In this document: piece after piece, positions 9,856 to 18,318 of the stretch
Layout: every line of letters begins with the position of its first letter
Numbering within the stretch: position 1 is the stretch's first letter
Source: a virus
Lineage: Duplodnaviria > Caudoviricetes
IMG/VR virus record: IMGVR_UViG_3300025035_000576
Coordinates: 1 to 34,213 of that record
Strand: one strand, 5' to 3'
Length of the DNA stretch: 34,213 nucleotides
Position numbers and translations under genes: made by a program
The notes under the pieces: generated by a model
Seen by the model: only the letters and a program-made list of their open reading frames with translations
The model's database searches: none
What the model was told of the DNA's origin: nothing

Positions 9856-10251
9856 ATGGCACGTAGAGACAATATCGCATTGCGCAATCTTCAAATTGAT
9901 GCTGTTGACGCCGCGTTTGCGAGCGGATTCTTAGATCTGTATACTGGTGCTCAGCCGGCCTCTGCAGATACTGCCGCAACAGGGACGCTGCTAGCTTCTA
10001 TCCCTCTTCCCGCGGACGCACATAGCGCAGCGGCTTCCGGCTCGGCCAGCAAGGCGGGAACGTGGTCAGTAACTATCGCCGCAAGTGGTACCGTAGGCTG
10101 GGCGCGTATGCGCAACGCCGCGGACACTATCCGCCGGGACTTTTCAGTCACCGCTACAGCGGGTGGCGGGGACTACACCGTGGCTGATACCGCTCTGGTG
10201 GCTGGCGGGACGGTGACGGTTACTTCCGACACAATCACTCAAGCGGCGTAG
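9856..10251 (+). CDS. Virion structural protein (accessory fibre module, first gene)
   Basis: Ala/Thr-rich, with LYTGAQPASADTAATGTLLA and SGTVGWAR motifs common in phage structural proteins; strong AAGGAG RBS. Confidence 0.65.
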   Translation: MARRDNIALRNLQIDAVDAAFASGFLDLYTGAQPASADTAATGTLLASIPLPADAHSAAASGSASKAGTWSVTIAASGTVGWARMRNAADTIRRDFSVTATAGGGDYTVADTALVAGGTVTVTSDTITQAA

Positions 10252-10257
10252 CGGCTG

Positions 10258-10449
10258 ATGGCTAACCGTCTAAAGGCTGCGTACGTGTGCGAGCAGTGCG
10301 CGGCTGGCATAGGATTCATTCCCATGCCCACGGCGGTGTGGGTAGAGAAGAAGTGCTGTCGGTGTGGCGAGATAACTAAGGTTGCTAAGGGATCTCGCTA
10401 CACCAGGGGATGGAAGGTAACTAGGAGTAATTTCTGTGATAAGCGCTAG
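10258..10449 (+). CDS. Small Cys-rich (CxxC...CCxC) putative Zn-binding protein
   Basis: Fills the gap between neighbouring genes and contains CEQC and CCRC; no clear RBS. Confidence 0.45.
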   Translation: MANRLKAAYVCEQCAAGIGFIPMPTAVWVEKKCCRCGEITKVAKGSRYTRGWKVTRSNFCDKR

Positions 10450-12769
10450 ACTCATAGGAAAAGGTGCAGCATCCGCCTCAGCTACTACGACTTCCGCCGG
10501 AGTGTCTGCATCGTCCGGTAGTAGCTTCTTTGTAGGATTTAGCTATGATTCTACCGCGTCAGTAACTTCCGTAACGGATTCAAAAGGAAACATATACTCG
10601 AAGGTAGGAGCTACATACACAGGGAGTGGGTTCAGTACTGAAATATGGGCATCAGAGAATGGTATAGGCGGCTCAGCGCACACCGTGACGGTGCAGTTTT
10701 CTAGTACTGCTTATTCTCCAGTACATTTCATAGAGGTATTGGGGGCTCAATCTTCCGGCATTGATGTAGTCACGGGAAGAAATGGTGATAGTCAGCAGAG
10801 TCTAGTTATCTCTGTAGGGCCATTCTCTCAGCCTGATGAAGTCGTGCTGGCTCAAGTTGCTTCTGGCAATATCTCTAATGCATATTCTGATTCTACTGGC
10901 ACGTTCACTAAGTTGTCTGAGGAGGCTGACGGCAATAGCTTCTGGCCTAGTGCACTGTTCGCTAGAGTTATAGGGTCTAATTCTAGTTTTGGAGTTAACT
11001 TTGGAGATGGAAACCCTGGAGGCGCCTTCTTAGCTGGCTCGATCATATCTGTGAAGGCGTCCTCAGCGTTGCCGTCATCAGAGCTTGTAGGTGCGCATAC
11101 ACAGGCCACGCAAGTCCAGGGTGGTACGATAGGGACTACCACTGCGGGCACTAGCGCTATAGGATTGTACGCGCAGTCTATCCAGAGTCACGCAGGTACG
11201 TTAGTGATTACTGGCTCTAGTTCTCTGATAGGGTCTTATATTCAGGCGACTCAGAATCATGGTGGGGTGCTATCATCTTCTGGTCCTAGTACGTCTGTAC
11301 CCGTAACTGGGTCTTCAGCCATAGATGTTGACGTACAATTTACTGGGACAAGCCCATTAACGGCGGATCTCGGTACTACAGACGCCAGTAACATCACAGT
11401 AGTTGTGATGCATGGCGGAAGACTTACAGCCCACGCGGTTCCAACAGACACGAAGGGAAATACATACGAGAAGTTGGGAGCGCATATTCCGTATACCCTA
11501 TGGGGGCCAGACTTCGGCGTAGATATGTATGCGGCCTCCGGTCTCGGTGGGGTTGGACATGTTGTGTCATCTATTAAGACCGGTGGTGCATTTAATGAGT
11601 CTGAGGAAGCTACGTTTATAGCTGTGGAGGTCAAGCGAGGGTCTACAGTGTCTGGGTTTACCCAGACTGAAATACTTAAAGACGCTGGCCCACTTACACA
11701 TCCATCTGTAACTGTCACTGGCCCAGCTACATTGATAGCTGGATGGTGGGGTGATGATGGTGGAGGCCCTCATACTGCCGTACCTGACAATGGATTCGCA
11801 GTAGTTCAAGAGTTTCTATCGGGAGTGTCAGGGTCGGTTCAGGGTGCAGTAGCTACGCGAGATGTAGTCAGCGCAGGAACATATACTACCACATGGACTG
11901 AGACACCTAATCAGGGGGCTATTCTATTCTTAGTGGCTGTACAGGCAGCCGTTGATGCCAGGGACTTATCTGGCGCGTATGGGCAGGCCGTACAGGCGCA
12001 CGCTGGCACGTTAGAAATTACTCCTGTCAGGACTTTGCTGGGATCGCACACGCAGACTTTACAGGTGCAGGTAGGCAGTCTAGCCACCACGGCGCCCAAT
12101 TACAGTTTAATTGGCACATACGCACAGACTCTACACTCTCAGGTAGGCAGTCTAGCCACCACGGTGCCAACCAGTGCATTTGCAGGCGCATACAGTCAGA
12201 CTCTACACTCTCACTTCGGTACATTAGAAGTTGGCGTCCCTACTACAGGTTTTACTGGGGTATATGCACAGTCTACTCAGTCGCATATGGGAGCATTGCT
12301 GACGACTGTGCCTGTATTTGCATTTGCAGGCACATATGATCAAACCACTCAAGTGCATGATGGCAGCTTGAACGTCACTGCTCCAGGATTTAATTTCACC
12401 GGTTCTTATCTACAGGCAGTACAGGCGTATACTGGCACACTAAGTATCACCGTACCAGTATTTGATCTAATCGGGACAGCAGAGCAAACTGCTCAAGACC
12501 ATATCGGCGCCTTATCTACCACTACTCCCACCTTTGACTTTACCGGAGCAGTTGCCCAAGGGATACAGATTCATACGGGTGCACTGCACAGCATTAACGT
12601 TCCGAGCATCGATTTGGTTGGCGCCTTTATGCAGGCTATGCAAGCTCATAGTGGCGTCTTAACTATCACAGTTTCGACGGGGACAAATATAAACTCAAGC
12701 GTAACCATACCCGCCACACCTCGCAATGTAATTGTAGATGAACTTCCCACATCAATTGTTGTGCTCTAA
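10436..12769 (+). CDS. Large repeat-containing virion fibre/appendage protein
   Basis: AGGAG RBS before the GTG start. Ser/Thr/Gly-rich, with two related globular domains (TDSKGNIYSKVG / TDTKGNTYEKLG) and about 13 repeats of ~24 aa (GxxxQxxQxHxGxL). Confidence 0.7.
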   Translation: MISARLIGKGAASASATTTSAGVSASSGSSFFVGFSYDSTASVTSVTDSKGNIYSKVGATYTGSGFSTEIWASENGIGGSAHTVTVQFSSTAYSPVHFIEVLGAQSSGIDVVTGRNGDSQQSLVISVGPFSQPDEVVLAQVASGNISNAYSDSTGTFTKLSEEADGNSFWPSALFARVIGSNSSFGVNFGDGNPGGAFLAGSIISVKASSALPSSELVGAHTQATQVQGGTIGTTTAGTSAIGLYAQSIQSHAGTLVITGSSSLIGSYIQATQNHGGVLSSSGPSTSVPVTGSSAIDVDVQFTGTSPLTADLGTTDASNITVVVMHGGRLTAHAVPTDTKGNTYEKLGAHIPYTLWGPDFGVDMYAASGLGGVGHVVSSIKTGGAFNESEEATFIAVEVKRGSTVSGFTQTEILKDAGPLTHPSVTVTGPATLIAGWWGDDGGGPHTAVPDNGFAVVQEFLSGVSGSVQGAVATRDVVSAGTYTTTWTETPNQGAILFLVAVQAAVDARDLSGAYGQAVQAHAGTLEITPVRTLLGSHTQTLQVQVGSLATTAPNYSLIGTYAQTLHSQVGSLATTVPTSAFAGAYSQTLHSHFGTLEVGVPTTGFTGVYAQSTQSHMGALLTTVPVFAFAGTYDQTTQVHDGSLNVTAPGFNFTGSYLQAVQAYTGTLSITVPVFDLIGTAEQTAQDHIGALSTTTPTFDFTGAVAQGIQIHTGALHSINVPSIDLVGAFMQAMQAHSGVLTITVSTGTNINSSVTIPATPRNVIVDELPTSIVVL
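11965..12675 (+). repeat. About 10 degenerate tandem repeats of ~72 bp (24 aa) inside the fibre gene
   Basis: Exact copies of CAGGTAGGCAGTCTAGCCACCACGG at 12068 and 12140, and of CAGACTCTACACTCTCA at 12125 and 12197. The periodicity is also visible in the protein. Confidence 0.85.
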
Positions 12770-12783
12770 GAAGGAATAGTACT

Positions 12784-13083
12784 ATGCAACAGATTACATG
12801 GTTTCCGGGGATAATGCTAGAGCTCGATCCGCAAGATGAAGATACTTATACAATGGACTTCACTGCCTTAGTTGGTACTGATTCGGTTACGAGCGTGGTT
12901 GAAGAGGTAGATAATATAAATCTACTCCCGGGTCATTCATTCACTCCGCAAGGTGTTATTACGTTCAAGGTAAATGCGCAAGGGATCGACGTCCTAAGCC
13001 CTTCTAAAATAACGTGGCAGGTGATAATCGGCGACAGAGGCAAACGTAGTAGGACCGTAGGATTTAAAATCCTCAACCAGTAA
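12784..13083 (+). CDS. Putative fibre adaptor protein
   Basis: LDPQDEDTYTMDF resembles the DPxxxxDYxxDW signature of small beta-sandwich fibre adaptors; lies directly after the large fibre gene. Confidence 0.6.
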   Translation: MQQITWFPGIMLELDPQDEDTYTMDFTALVGTDSVTSVVEEVDNINLLPGHSFTPQGVITFKVNAQGIDVLSPSKITWQVIIGDRGKRSRTVGFKILNQ

Positions 13084-13114
13084 CTAACACAACAAGGTAT
13101 ACACATCCTTACGT

Positions 13115-13300
13115 ATGTCGAAACATTTGCCGACCAACTACACTTTTGTTAAGGATATTTCCGGCGCCTGCCTGGGTAAGGAAGATTTTATGCGCAAAGA
13201 AAAACGTAGGAAGCGGTTGAAATTGAAATCGAAATTGAAGTCGGAAGATAAACCTGATAACCGGAGAAACGCTGATGACACCTTTCACCATAGCTTCTAG
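13115..13300 (+). CDS. Small basic hypothetical protein
   Basis: Fills the gap and is Lys/Arg-rich; start uncertain (alternative ATG at 13190). Confidence 0.35.
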   Translation: MSKHLPTNYTFVKDISGACLGKEDFMRKEKRRKRLKLKSKLKSEDKPDNRRNADDTFHHSF

Positions 13301-13691
13301 CATAGGTATTTTGATTATTGCAGGTCTAGGATTTGCGTTAAAACTGTCCATGGCGGACGCGCGTGCGAATGAAATCCAAATTCAGCACTATAAAAGCGAG
13401 ATTAGTCGCATGGAATCTGAACTATCTGGTGCAGCTACGATTAACAAAGAATGGATGAAGCGCCTAGCCGAGGCAGATGCTATAGCACGCCGAAATCTAG
13501 AGGAGCTGCAGGAACAGACCAGAAAGAGCCAAATCGCAGCGAAGACCGAAAGCCTTAAACGAAAAGAAATACAGCACAAATTAAGTCTGTGGAGCTCTAA
13601 GTACTCGAATCTGGTTCAGGATGACGATTGTACAGCACTGCTAAACACGCCAGTTTGTCCGGCGCTACAGGAGAAGAGCCATGCAGAATAA
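13275..13691 (+). CDS. Inner-membrane spanin (Rz-like)
   Basis: Single N-terminal TM segment (IASSIGILIIAGLGFAL), long coiled coil and C-terminal Cys pair; GGAG RBS; overlaps the lipoprotein gene. Confidence 0.8.
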   Translation: MTPFTIASSIGILIIAGLGFALKLSMADARANEIQIQHYKSEISRMESELSGAATINKEWMKRLAEADAIARRNLEELQEQTRKSQIAAKTESLKRKEIQHKLSLWSSKYSNLVQDDDCTALLNTPVCPALQEKSHAE

Positions 13692-13980
13692 ATCGGCTGC
13701 GTTCCTATTTTTGATTTTGCTGTCGGGATGTTCTTCAACTCCTCTGAGAGGTGGACCAGTGGTTCTATCCACCCCAGTTGAGGTGCATACACCTCCGCAA
13801 TACATATATGTTCCTATTGACTCTGCATTAACTTCTCCGGTTGATAACCCTACTTTATTGTTCGACAGGATAACAGTAGGCGATTGGATACGTGCGGCTA
13901 AGATACTAGAATCCTCCCTAGAGGAAGCGAATAGCAAGTTGCGCGAGATTCAATTGCTGCAAGGAACTCAAAGCGACTAA
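13681..13980 (+). CDS. Outer-membrane spanin lipoprotein (Rz1-like)
   Basis: Signal peptide with lipobox LLSG-C and a Pro-rich mature region; AGGAG RBS; 11-nt overlap with the i-spanin gene. Confidence 0.85.
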   Translation: MQNKSAAFLFLILLSGCSSTPLRGGPVVLSTPVEVHTPPQYIYVPIDSALTSPVDNPTLLFDRITVGDWIRAAKILESSLEEANSKLREIQLLQGTQSD

Positions 13981-13994
13981 ACACAAATTGGGCA

Positions 13995-14023
13995 TTGATT
14001 TTTCTCGAATTATGTGATATAAT
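13995..14023 (+). promoter_or_regulatory. Sigma70-type promoter P1 (primase-helicase)
   Basis: TTGATT-N17-TATAAT with extended -10 TGn; intergenic. Confidence 0.85.
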
Positions 14024-14098
14024 AATATGTTAAATCCGCAATCTAGGATGACTTGCACGTTCCAAATTATCATGAAATAATCGCCTGTCGGAGGTGTC

Positions 14099-16570
14099 GT
14101 GTCTCAGGATATTACTGTAAGTCTTCTGCACAGAGACTTGGAAAAGAGTGGGCTGGTAAGTGCTGATTTGGATGCCTACACAGCGGAAGAGGCAGAACTG
14201 TCGGCGGTAGGTCTAAAACCTTATCTGTATTTAAGGCAATCGAAAAACGGCTCAACTGCCGAGTCTCCTGGCTATATAATTCCGTACTTTGATATAGATG
14301 GGCGCAGACTTCCTTTTTATAGACTGCGTCTATTTAACCCTTTACCTAAAGGGGCGAAGTATTTGCAGCCAAAGGAATCGGGGACATTTATTTACTTCCC
14401 CAAAGATTTCGCCAAAAATATACAGCGCATGAAATCAGACCCAAAAGGGCCCAATATAATTCTAATCACTGAGGGCGAGAAGAAGGCGGCGAAGGCCTGT
14501 AAAGAAGGATTCGCCTGCTGTGCTGTGGGCGGCATCTACAATTGGCGGAGTCGCACTTTAAGTTTAACTGAAGACGCAAAAGTCGTTAAATTGCCTGACA
14601 ATAGCTGGACAGTAAAATTACCTAAGCAGACCACACTAAATGTGACCGTTGACCGTAAAGGTTTTTTAGCGCAAGGACTGTCTGAGCTAATTATGCTGAT
14701 TAAGGAATTAGACGCCTGTGTAGTGATTGTATTTGATTCTGACTATCCGGCCAAAAAAGAAGTCGCTGAGGCCTGTGCCAAGTTGGCTTTCGAATTACGC
14801 CTAAAAGGTATAGAACTGACTAAAATCAGGCGTCTCTCGCTATTGCCGGCAGGCAGAGGCCAAGAAGCTAAATTGGGACTAGATGACTATCTAGTCCAAT
14901 TCGGCGCTAATAATCTGCAGCAGCGCATAAACTCCTGTCTACAGCTTAACACAGCTTTCCCGCTACTGCCGAATATCAAGGAAATGATAAATGATTACCT
15001 CGCGCAACCTTACATGACGCGAGCGGAGATCAAAGAATTGTCGTTAGTCATACTTTCGGATATGGATCAAAATGGTGCGCGTATGATGGATATAAATACG
15101 CATGAACCTTATTACTTTGACGCCAAGACGCGCAAATTGATGTTAGCAGGGCTATTGCGCAATGCTAACCAACCTCTGCACGAGACTCCTTTCGGACAGC
15201 ATCTATATCGCAGGTATGATATAGGGCAAGGAGACCCTAAACTAGTACACTGGCTTGCAGCAGGCTTTACAGGCGAACAACCCGTGCATAATGTTGAACC
15301 TAGAAGCATCTTATCTGTCGTATCTAAAGACGAAATAGCATATCAATTGAATGACGGCCAATACGTCAGCATCTCGGGCAACCAGAAAACTCCGGCTACT
15401 TTACATCTAAACGGTACAAATGGAATCTTGTTTCGCGCTAATCAGGTAGTGCCCATTTCAGGCGACCTATTTATGGAGGAATTTCAGGCACAGTTGCGCT
15501 GGCTCGATACCAATCCTAAGTACGATGAGTACTATTGGGTACAAGCTCTAAAGCAGATGAACTTCATCGATAAAGACGACATTGATTTATTGGCGACACT
15601 TTATTACGCGAGCCCTTGGCTGTTCCGATGGCGAGGTACGCAACTTCCTATTGAGATTATGATAGGGGAGGCTGGCAGCGGCAAATCAAGTATTTATGCA
15701 TTGCGATTGCATATCCTTACGGGCTATTCAGCTTTAAGAAATCAGCCTACCGACATCCGTGACTGGTATGCCAGTATTCTAGCTCAAGAAGGATTACATG
15801 CAATTGACAATGCGCACATTTTAAATAAAGAAATGAGGCAAAGATTGTCGGACGAAATGTGTCGTTTAGTTACGGAGCCTGAGCCGTTTATTGAAATGCG
15901 TAAACTGTTTACTACCTCCGAAAATTATAGAGTGCCTGCAAGGACAGTTTTCGCAATTACAGCCATCCAACAGCCATTCCAGAACTCAGATTTATTGCAG
16001 CGAGCAATAGTTACTGAGCTGCAGGCGATCTCGACTAATTTCCAAACTTCCTGGTTTGAGTTCATGCTGGATAAGTTCGGAGGTAGAGTCCGATGGCTCG
16101 CACATGAATTAGCCGTTTTGCATGTATTCCTACGTAAAGCGAATGCTGGATGGGATAGCAACTTCAAAAGTAATCATCGGCTAGCTAATTTCGAGCAGAC
16201 ATATCAAATGATGGGGGCAGTACTAAATTCCCCTAACGCATCAAGAACAGCGTCAGGGTTGTCAAATAAATCAGCCGACCAAGTAAGCGAATATGATTGG
16301 GTAATGAGCGGTTTGAAGGATTATGCATATTATAGGCGCCATATAGTAGGTATAGAGCGCGGAAGGGAGTTCACTCTCCAGGAAGTGTCTATATGGGCTG
16401 AGGCCATCGAAGACTACGCTACGAACATAGTTCTTTGCAGTCCGCGCAGATTAGCTCGATACGTAAAGACACACAAAGCTATGATTGAACGCTCCACAGG
16501 CATAACAGAAGCAGGCAAAAAGAACAATCGCGACACATATACTGTCGCCCCAACACTGACCATCAGATAG
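14099..16570 (+). CDS. Primase-helicase (Toprim/DUF3854-like domain plus P-loop helicase)
   Basis: Toprim motifs KYLQPK, ITEGEKKA, VFDSD and KLGLDDYL; Walker A GEAGSGKS and Walker B-like AIDN; GGAGG RBS. Confidence 0.85.
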   Translation: MSQDITVSLLHRDLEKSGLVSADLDAYTAEEAELSAVGLKPYLYLRQSKNGSTAESPGYIIPYFDIDGRRLPFYRLRLFNPLPKGAKYLQPKESGTFIYFPKDFAKNIQRMKSDPKGPNIILITEGEKKAAKACKEGFACCAVGGIYNWRSRTLSLTEDAKVVKLPDNSWTVKLPKQTTLNVTVDRKGFLAQGLSELIMLIKELDACVVIVFDSDYPAKKEVAEACAKLAFELRLKGIELTKIRRLSLLPAGRGQEAKLGLDDYLVQFGANNLQQRINSCLQLNTAFPLLPNIKEMINDYLAQPYMTRAEIKELSLVILSDMDQNGARMMDINTHEPYYFDAKTRKLMLAGLLRNANQPLHETPFGQHLYRRYDIGQGDPKLVHWLAAGFTGEQPVHNVEPRSILSVVSKDEIAYQLNDGQYVSISGNQKTPATLHLNGTNGILFRANQVVPISGDLFMEEFQAQLRWLDTNPKYDEYYWVQALKQMNFIDKDDIDLLATLYYASPWLFRWRGTQLPIEIMIGEAGSGKSSIYALRLHILTGYSALRNQPTDIRDWYASILAQEGLHAIDNAHILNKEMRQRLSDEMCRLVTEPEPFIEMRKLFTTSENYRVPARTVFAITAIQQPFQNSDLLQRAIVTELQAISTNFQTSWFEFMLDKFGGRVRWLAHELAVLHVFLRKANAGWDSNFKSNHRLANFEQTYQMMGAVLNSPNASRTASGLSNKSADQVSEYDWVMSGLKDYAYYRRHIVGIERGREFTLQEVSIWAEAIEDYATNIVLCSPRRLARYVKTHKAMIERSTGITEAGKKNNRDTYTVAPTLTIR

Positions 16571-16573
16571 TTG

Positions 16574-16601
16574 TTGATTTTTCTTTCGAAAGCTGTATAA
16601 T
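16574..16601 (+). promoter_or_regulatory. Sigma70-type promoter P2 (HTH gene)
   Basis: TTGATT-N16-TATAAT, followed by the inverted repeat ATCCGAT-N11-ATCGGAT at 16608-16632. Confidence 0.8.
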
Positions 16602-16675
16602 ATAAACATCCGATTTATGTAGCTGATCGGATATTTAAATCGTGTTACCATTACCTCAACTAAAGCGAGAACGTT

Positions 16676-16978
16676 ATGTCCCGGAAAAAGCACGAAAACG
16701 AAAACGAAAACGAAATTGATACCGACGCTGAGACCGCAGAGACCAGCGAAACTGGCAAGGCCAAGGGTGCGCGTGGCGGCCCTGCAATCGTCCTTCCGAC
16801 CGGCGAGCGCCGTTTGGACTTCATCCGCCGGCGCTATTTCAATGAGGGCGCGAAGCGAGGGGAGATTGCGAAGGAACTTGGCGTGAGCTACCAAATTGTC
16901 TTTGCGGCCACCAAGGTCAAAAAGGCTGCATCAGCTGAAGCTGGAGAGGCTGAGGAAACTGAGGAAGTGTTCGAGTAA
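16676..16978 (+). CDS. Small helix-turn-helix DNA-binding protein with acidic termini
   Basis: KRGEIAKELGVSYQIVFAA HTH pattern; has its own promoter and a downstream hairpin. Confidence 0.7.
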   Translation: MSRKKHENENENEIDTDAETAETSETGKAKGARGGPAIVLPTGERRLDFIRRRYFNEGAKRGEIAKELGVSYQIVFAATKVKKAASAEAGEAEETEEVFE

Positions 16979-17059
16979 TCCTCCGACGCCGTATGCTACC
17001 AGTGCCTCAAGCGAAGAGTACTTCGTCACTTTTCACTCTTCATTTTCACTGCAGACCTT

Positions 17060-17096
17060 CTATGGGCGTATCGTCATTGATGCGCCCATAGTTTCC
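17060..17096 (+). terminator. Probable intrinsic terminator
   Basis: 13-bp stem CTATGGGCGTATC / GATGCGCCCATAG (one G-U pair), 6-nt loop, short TTT tail. Confidence 0.6.
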
Positions 17097-17109
17097 TTAG
17101 GGCCTCTAC

Positions 17110-17592
17110 ATGTTACCGTTCGAAGAGATTCTGACCAAGCGCTGGGAGAATTCCCCAGAAAAACGAGACAGAATCATACTGGCACTTGACCCAGGCGAAA
17201 CTACTGGATTAGCCGTCATGTCAGGCGCCACTTTGCTAGTCGCCGACCAATTATCTACCGGCATTATGCCCGTGGCAGCCGTAAGGGTTGCCGACGCTAT
17301 AGATAAGTACAACCCCGAATTGATAATCCTTGAAGACTACAAAGTCTATGCTTGGAAGACAGAATGTCATGCCTGGCAATCATTGCACACATCTCGACTG
17401 ATCGGTGCTATAGAATATATTGCCTATCGCCGCAACACTCCTTATCGTAAACAGATGGCGCAAACCGGCAAAAGTTTCTGTTCCGATGAAAAATTACAAA
17501 CCTGGGGATTTTACCAAGCTAAAAAGCCCCATGCACGCGATGCGATTAGACATGCATGTCATTTCCTCCTATTTGGACCTGAATCTAAGTAA
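17110..17592 (+). CDS. RuvC-like Holliday junction resolvase
   Basis: ILALDPGETTGLA, IILED and HARDAIRH carry RNase H-fold catalytic residues. Confidence 0.8.
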   Translation: MLPFEEILTKRWENSPEKRDRIILALDPGETTGLAVMSGATLLVADQLSTGIMPVAAVRVADAIDKYNPELIILEDYKVYAWKTECHAWQSLHTSRLIGAIEYIAYRRNTPYRKQMAQTGKSFCSDEKLQTWGFYQAKKPHARDAIRHACHFLLFGPESK

Positions 17593-17601
17593 TGGTGACG
17601 C

Positions 17602-18318
17602 ATGGCGGATAATTTGCGATTAAAATGGGGCGCGCTTAATTTGCGGGGCCGGCAATTTGGAGATTTAACGGTCCTCAAACTGCTCAATTACCGAATCAAA
17701 AAGAAGCGTGTATGGCTATGTTCCTGCAGCTGCGGACTTGAAATAGCTGTGAGACATGATTATTTAATACATACTTACGGCCCAAAAACGCACTGCGGGT
17801 GCAAAAACAAAGGACCCTCTGTTCTGCACCCAATCGAGTATAGTACCTACAGATCAATGCTACATCGCTGCAATAACCCCAAGCATCCAGGATTCATGTA
17901 TTACGGCGGGAGGGGAATAAAAGTATGCGATCGTTGGCAGGAATCTTTTGATAACTTTTTTGCTGATCTAGGCGTTAGACCTTCCTCGAAGTTCTCCATC
18001 GAGCGTAAAGACGCTAACGGGGATTATTCTCCGGAAAACTGTATGTGGGCAACGGCTCTAGTGCAAGCGTCAAATAAGCGCAATACAGTGAGAATACCCC
18101 ACCCCAAGACAGGCATTCCAGTAGTTGCACGTGAAGTTGCGGACTATTTAGGCCTTTCTTATGCTGCCACTCGAAGTCTGTATATTGAAAAAGGCTTGTG
18201 GCCTCTAAAATCACAGAGTCTTACGGCCCTAGATAAAAATAAGTCCTTTAGAAAACCAAAACGCGGAGAAGAGGACAAATTGCCTACCTCAAGGCCTCAA
18301 GCGGACGAGGAGGAGTAA
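17602..18318 (+). CDS. HNH-type (homing) endonuclease-like protein
   Basis: FGDLTV..WLCSCSCG, MLHRC, YGGRGIKVCDRW and SIERKDANGDYSPENCMWAT..QASN. Confidence 0.85.
   Translation: MADNLRLKWGALNLRGRQFGDLTVLKLLNYRIKKKRVWLCSCSCGLEIAVRHDYLIHTYGPKTHCGCKNKGPSVLHPIEYSTYRSMLHRCNNPKHPGFMYYGGRGIKVCDRWQESFDNFFADLGVRPSSKFSIERKDANGDYSPENCMWATALVQASNKRNTVRIPHPKTGIPVVAREVADYLGLSYAATRSLYIEKGLWPLKSQSLTALDKNKSFRKPKRGEEDKLPTSRPQADEEE

Noticed and set aside
8271-12675. Diversity-generating retroelement TR/VR pairs
   Set aside because: The repeats are short in-frame protein repeats, the differences are not adenine-specific, and no reverse transcriptase is present in the window.
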